64,000 bases of DNA from Convolutriloba macropyga (taxonomy: Eukaryota), in the NCBI RefSeq assembly GCF_964194025.1, contig NC_134474.1, positions 13,826,001 through 13,890,000 on the forward strand, given 5' to 3'. Position numbers and translations under genes: made by a program. How positions within the stretch are numbered: the stretch's first letter is position 1; each line of letters starts with the position of its first letter. A model generated the notes under the pieces. The model had not been told where the DNA came from, did no database searches, and saw nothing but the letters and a program-made list of their open reading frames with translations. Shown piece after piece: positions 61,209-64,000 of the stretch.

Positions 61209-63779
61209 TACTATTTTTATATTAGCGATAATTTTCTAAGTCTAAAACCGCCGGTTATAGTTCAAGATATTTCAAGAATCATGCAAGATTATATAACCAT
61301 ACAAGTGTGTAGCAAAATTTTTGCAAGATTTTTTGAGATAACCGTCTTTTGACAAGACATTGCAAGACAAGCTGCAGAAAATTTTAGTGAATATAATAAA
61401 GCAAAGGAAAAGCTTCGGAATTTCTGATCGATTGGAGCAATGACAAAACTATTACTTATTTCCAGCTTACTGTTAGGCTGAAAGTTCTAACTACCTGATC
61501 TGAGTTGCATTAAACTTCTGCACATTGAGTTCTGATCATGGTACCTACAAGACATTTCACGGAAAATAAATCGAGGACTACCCTGAGCCTACTACAGACA
61601 TAACAAACTTCGATTCTGTATACATCTGAAGAATTTGAAATTAATAGCACGTTTCAGAATTTGCAGAATTTGAGAATTCTGCGGAATTTGAATTTAATAG
61701 CATAAAAGTTACGACCACTAACTTCTTGTAATAACCGACTGATGGTTTTCGCAATACATGTGAGAAGACGAGAACAATTGGTAAATAAGCAACGTACAGA
61801 TCAAGCCTAATTAAAAAATTGAATGATACAATGAAAGGTGAAATTTACACAAGACATTTAAACACCAAATGGCTAAAAATCAAAGGTTAAGCTATAGTTA
61901 GAACTAAAGTCAATTTAACTTGTAATGCTTTGAAACTTTAGCCGCATATCATGGGTAAATAAATCATTTGTTTGTATTTAACGGTTGAAAACATTCCCAG
62001 ACAAAATAGTCCTGGACAGGAGTCCCAAACCAAACAATCCTTAGAAAGCAGACAAAACAAAATCAGACGAAATAGTCCCAATTTTACTTGGAATTAGACA
62101 CATGCACACCAATTAGCAAACGAACTCGAGATTTATGCATGTGAATGTACGTAATTGAACAAATATAAATTTGATAACAACTCCACTTTATAAAATGTTT
62201 CTTTTTCACGAAGTGTTTGGTTTAATTCTGAATATAAATCGAACAAAAACAATGCATTTGCAAGCTTAACTCTCAGATTGTGTTCGTTAATTTCTTGTAG
62301 ATTAAATTTACACGTTTTTCGATATTTTTTGGAAATATTGTGTGCGGGACTATTTTTTTGCTTTCACTTGACTCTTTCGGCTGAGACGGTGCTATAGATA
62401 ATTTGCAATTTGGTATCTTTTTGTCTCTGACTGTTTGATCCAGACTGTTTTCTGGACATGCACCGCATCGTTCAAGTTTTCTTAAAAAACAAAAAAATTG
62501 AAATAGATTAAAAAAGTAAAAATGAATGGAAAAATTGTAATTAGAATAAATTACCGAACTTAAAGATAGCCCAGACAACGAAAAGTGTATGATTGACACG
62601 CCAAGTATTGATGGTTTGATCCGGTGCCTCCATGAAACTATCTCTGCGAGGATGAGTGCTCAATGAACTACATTTTCGGTTTGAACATAGCATGATTAAT
62701 CTTGGTGGCGAAAATTGTACCACGTTTAATTCTCAGAGTCTCAAAGGGGCAATAGTCACCAAATATTGTTGCAAGTTGAAACCAAAACAAACGAATAGGT
62801 TTTTGGCTGAAATAAGTACCAGGGGTGGCTACTTTTACAAGATTTGACTTTTCGAGCGAAGTTTTTCCTAACTTTTAATAGAGTCTGTCGAGATATAACT
62901 TTAAGATCTCCTTCGAAAAATTAAACATTTGATGACTTAATGTTCGCGAATCAACAATAAAAAGTAATAAAAAGTGGATTTTGCGTTTTTCAATCCTACT
63001 TTACTGTCAATTAATCCAAACGAATGGCTAACCTTAGAGAAGAACAAACTCTTATGATGATTACTTTATTTGAACCTATGCACTGAAATTATGCTCCTCT
63101 AAGTGTGTTGAAGCAGTGCTTTGTTTGAAAGCAACTGTTCTGATGTCAGTCTGTTGGTGGGTAAAGATGGCCGAAAAATCATTCGACAATTATTGTTTGA
63201 CAATCCTAACAGACGTTAAATACACGGTCTGGACCATGTTTTTGTTGCGCTACTTCGTTTGTCCGCAAGGGAGTGCCATGTCGAATCATGACACACCATT
63301 ACCGAATCAATAATAAGTCTGAATAAATTGCGCAAATTAGAATCACAAGCGCGGTATGTCAAGTCTTAGGTCCACCAAAAAACGATAGTTGGATTCATAA
63401 TATGACTAAATCTGGCTTCCAGTACCGCTCAAATAATTTTTTTTTCTGTGAGCTAACTGAGGACGATGGCTCAGATTATGTATCAGAATGACATGAGCTG
63501 CAAGTTAACCCAAGCAACACTAAAACATGTCCAGTCTGTGATAAAAAACTCGAGCTTTGTGTTGAAGCGACCGGTTGGTCCAGGACTAAATTGTGTAGTT
63601 AGTCTTATTATTTTTTATAAGCTTCTGAAGGTTTATACAAAAATAAGCAGAAAGAAAAAATGCTTTCCTTCTTTGTCCCATGTTTCTTCAGTTGCATTGG
63701 GAATTTACATCGCAATTTGCTCGGTTAATACTTTCAGTAACTTTTATTTCAAATTATCACATGAAAAGAATTAATTTTG

Positions 63780-64000
63780 AGACAAAAGTTTTTTAGTATC
63801 ATGTGTTAATTTTTTGTCTGATCATAGTTGCGCAATTACGCACTGTCTGGATTCTGGAATCGTAGCCGTGCGTCTTGATACTGTCTGTTTTGTCCGATCC
63901 TGCTTGTCTGAATCGTACGGTCTGTTCACACTTGCACAGTTTTGATTCGTGGCACTTTTGCACAATTCGCTCTAATGCGAGCTAATGCGAGTGATGACCA
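63780..64000 (-). repeat. interspersed repeat related (inverted) to ~46910-47125
   Basis: Reverse complement contains ACTCGCATTAGCTCGCATTAG, AAACTGTGC..., CAGACCGT..GATTCAGAC, CTATGATCAGA, as at 46917-47100. Confidence 0.6.

Noticed and set aside
63100-63313. Possible villin exon 10 (AVLCLKATVL...)
   Set aside because: Lacks the expected AA..AV.LD....G..VQ.RV..GKEP motif; only chance similarity.

Overview
AT-rich, repeat-dense animal (probably invertebrate) nuclear DNA; not prokaryotic. Two spliced host genes sit head-to-head with start codons about 1.5 kb apart. The first is an Epac2/RAPGEF4-like gene on the - strand (3 coding exons found: 17792-17969, 13570-13658, 5538-5826; it continues off the left edge). 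The second is a villin/advillin-type gelsolin-family gene on the + strand (9 coding exons, 19469-60967; it continues off the right edge). All exon phases join in frame. The introns hold decayed mobile DNA: a near full-length CR1/L2-group LINE (~6040-10377, +), a BEL/Pao LTR retrotransposon (29404-36193, +), a second LINE ORF2 (~39500-42300, -), older LINE fragments, at least five MITEs, and a same-orientation modular repeat family confined to 1-14.5 kb. Best leads: (i) a dense cassette of intronless orphan ORFs at ~23.0-25.8 kb that may be an endogenous virus/Maverick fragment, partly caught in a 3.15 kb tandem duplication; (ii) a GC-rich ~270 nt element at 42.3-42.5 kb with nested and mutually exclusive helices; (iii) a 74 bp spacer-less palindrome in a villin intron; (iv) the modular Helentron-like repeat family. 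I cannot demonstrate a new functional system from sequence alone; these are leads.
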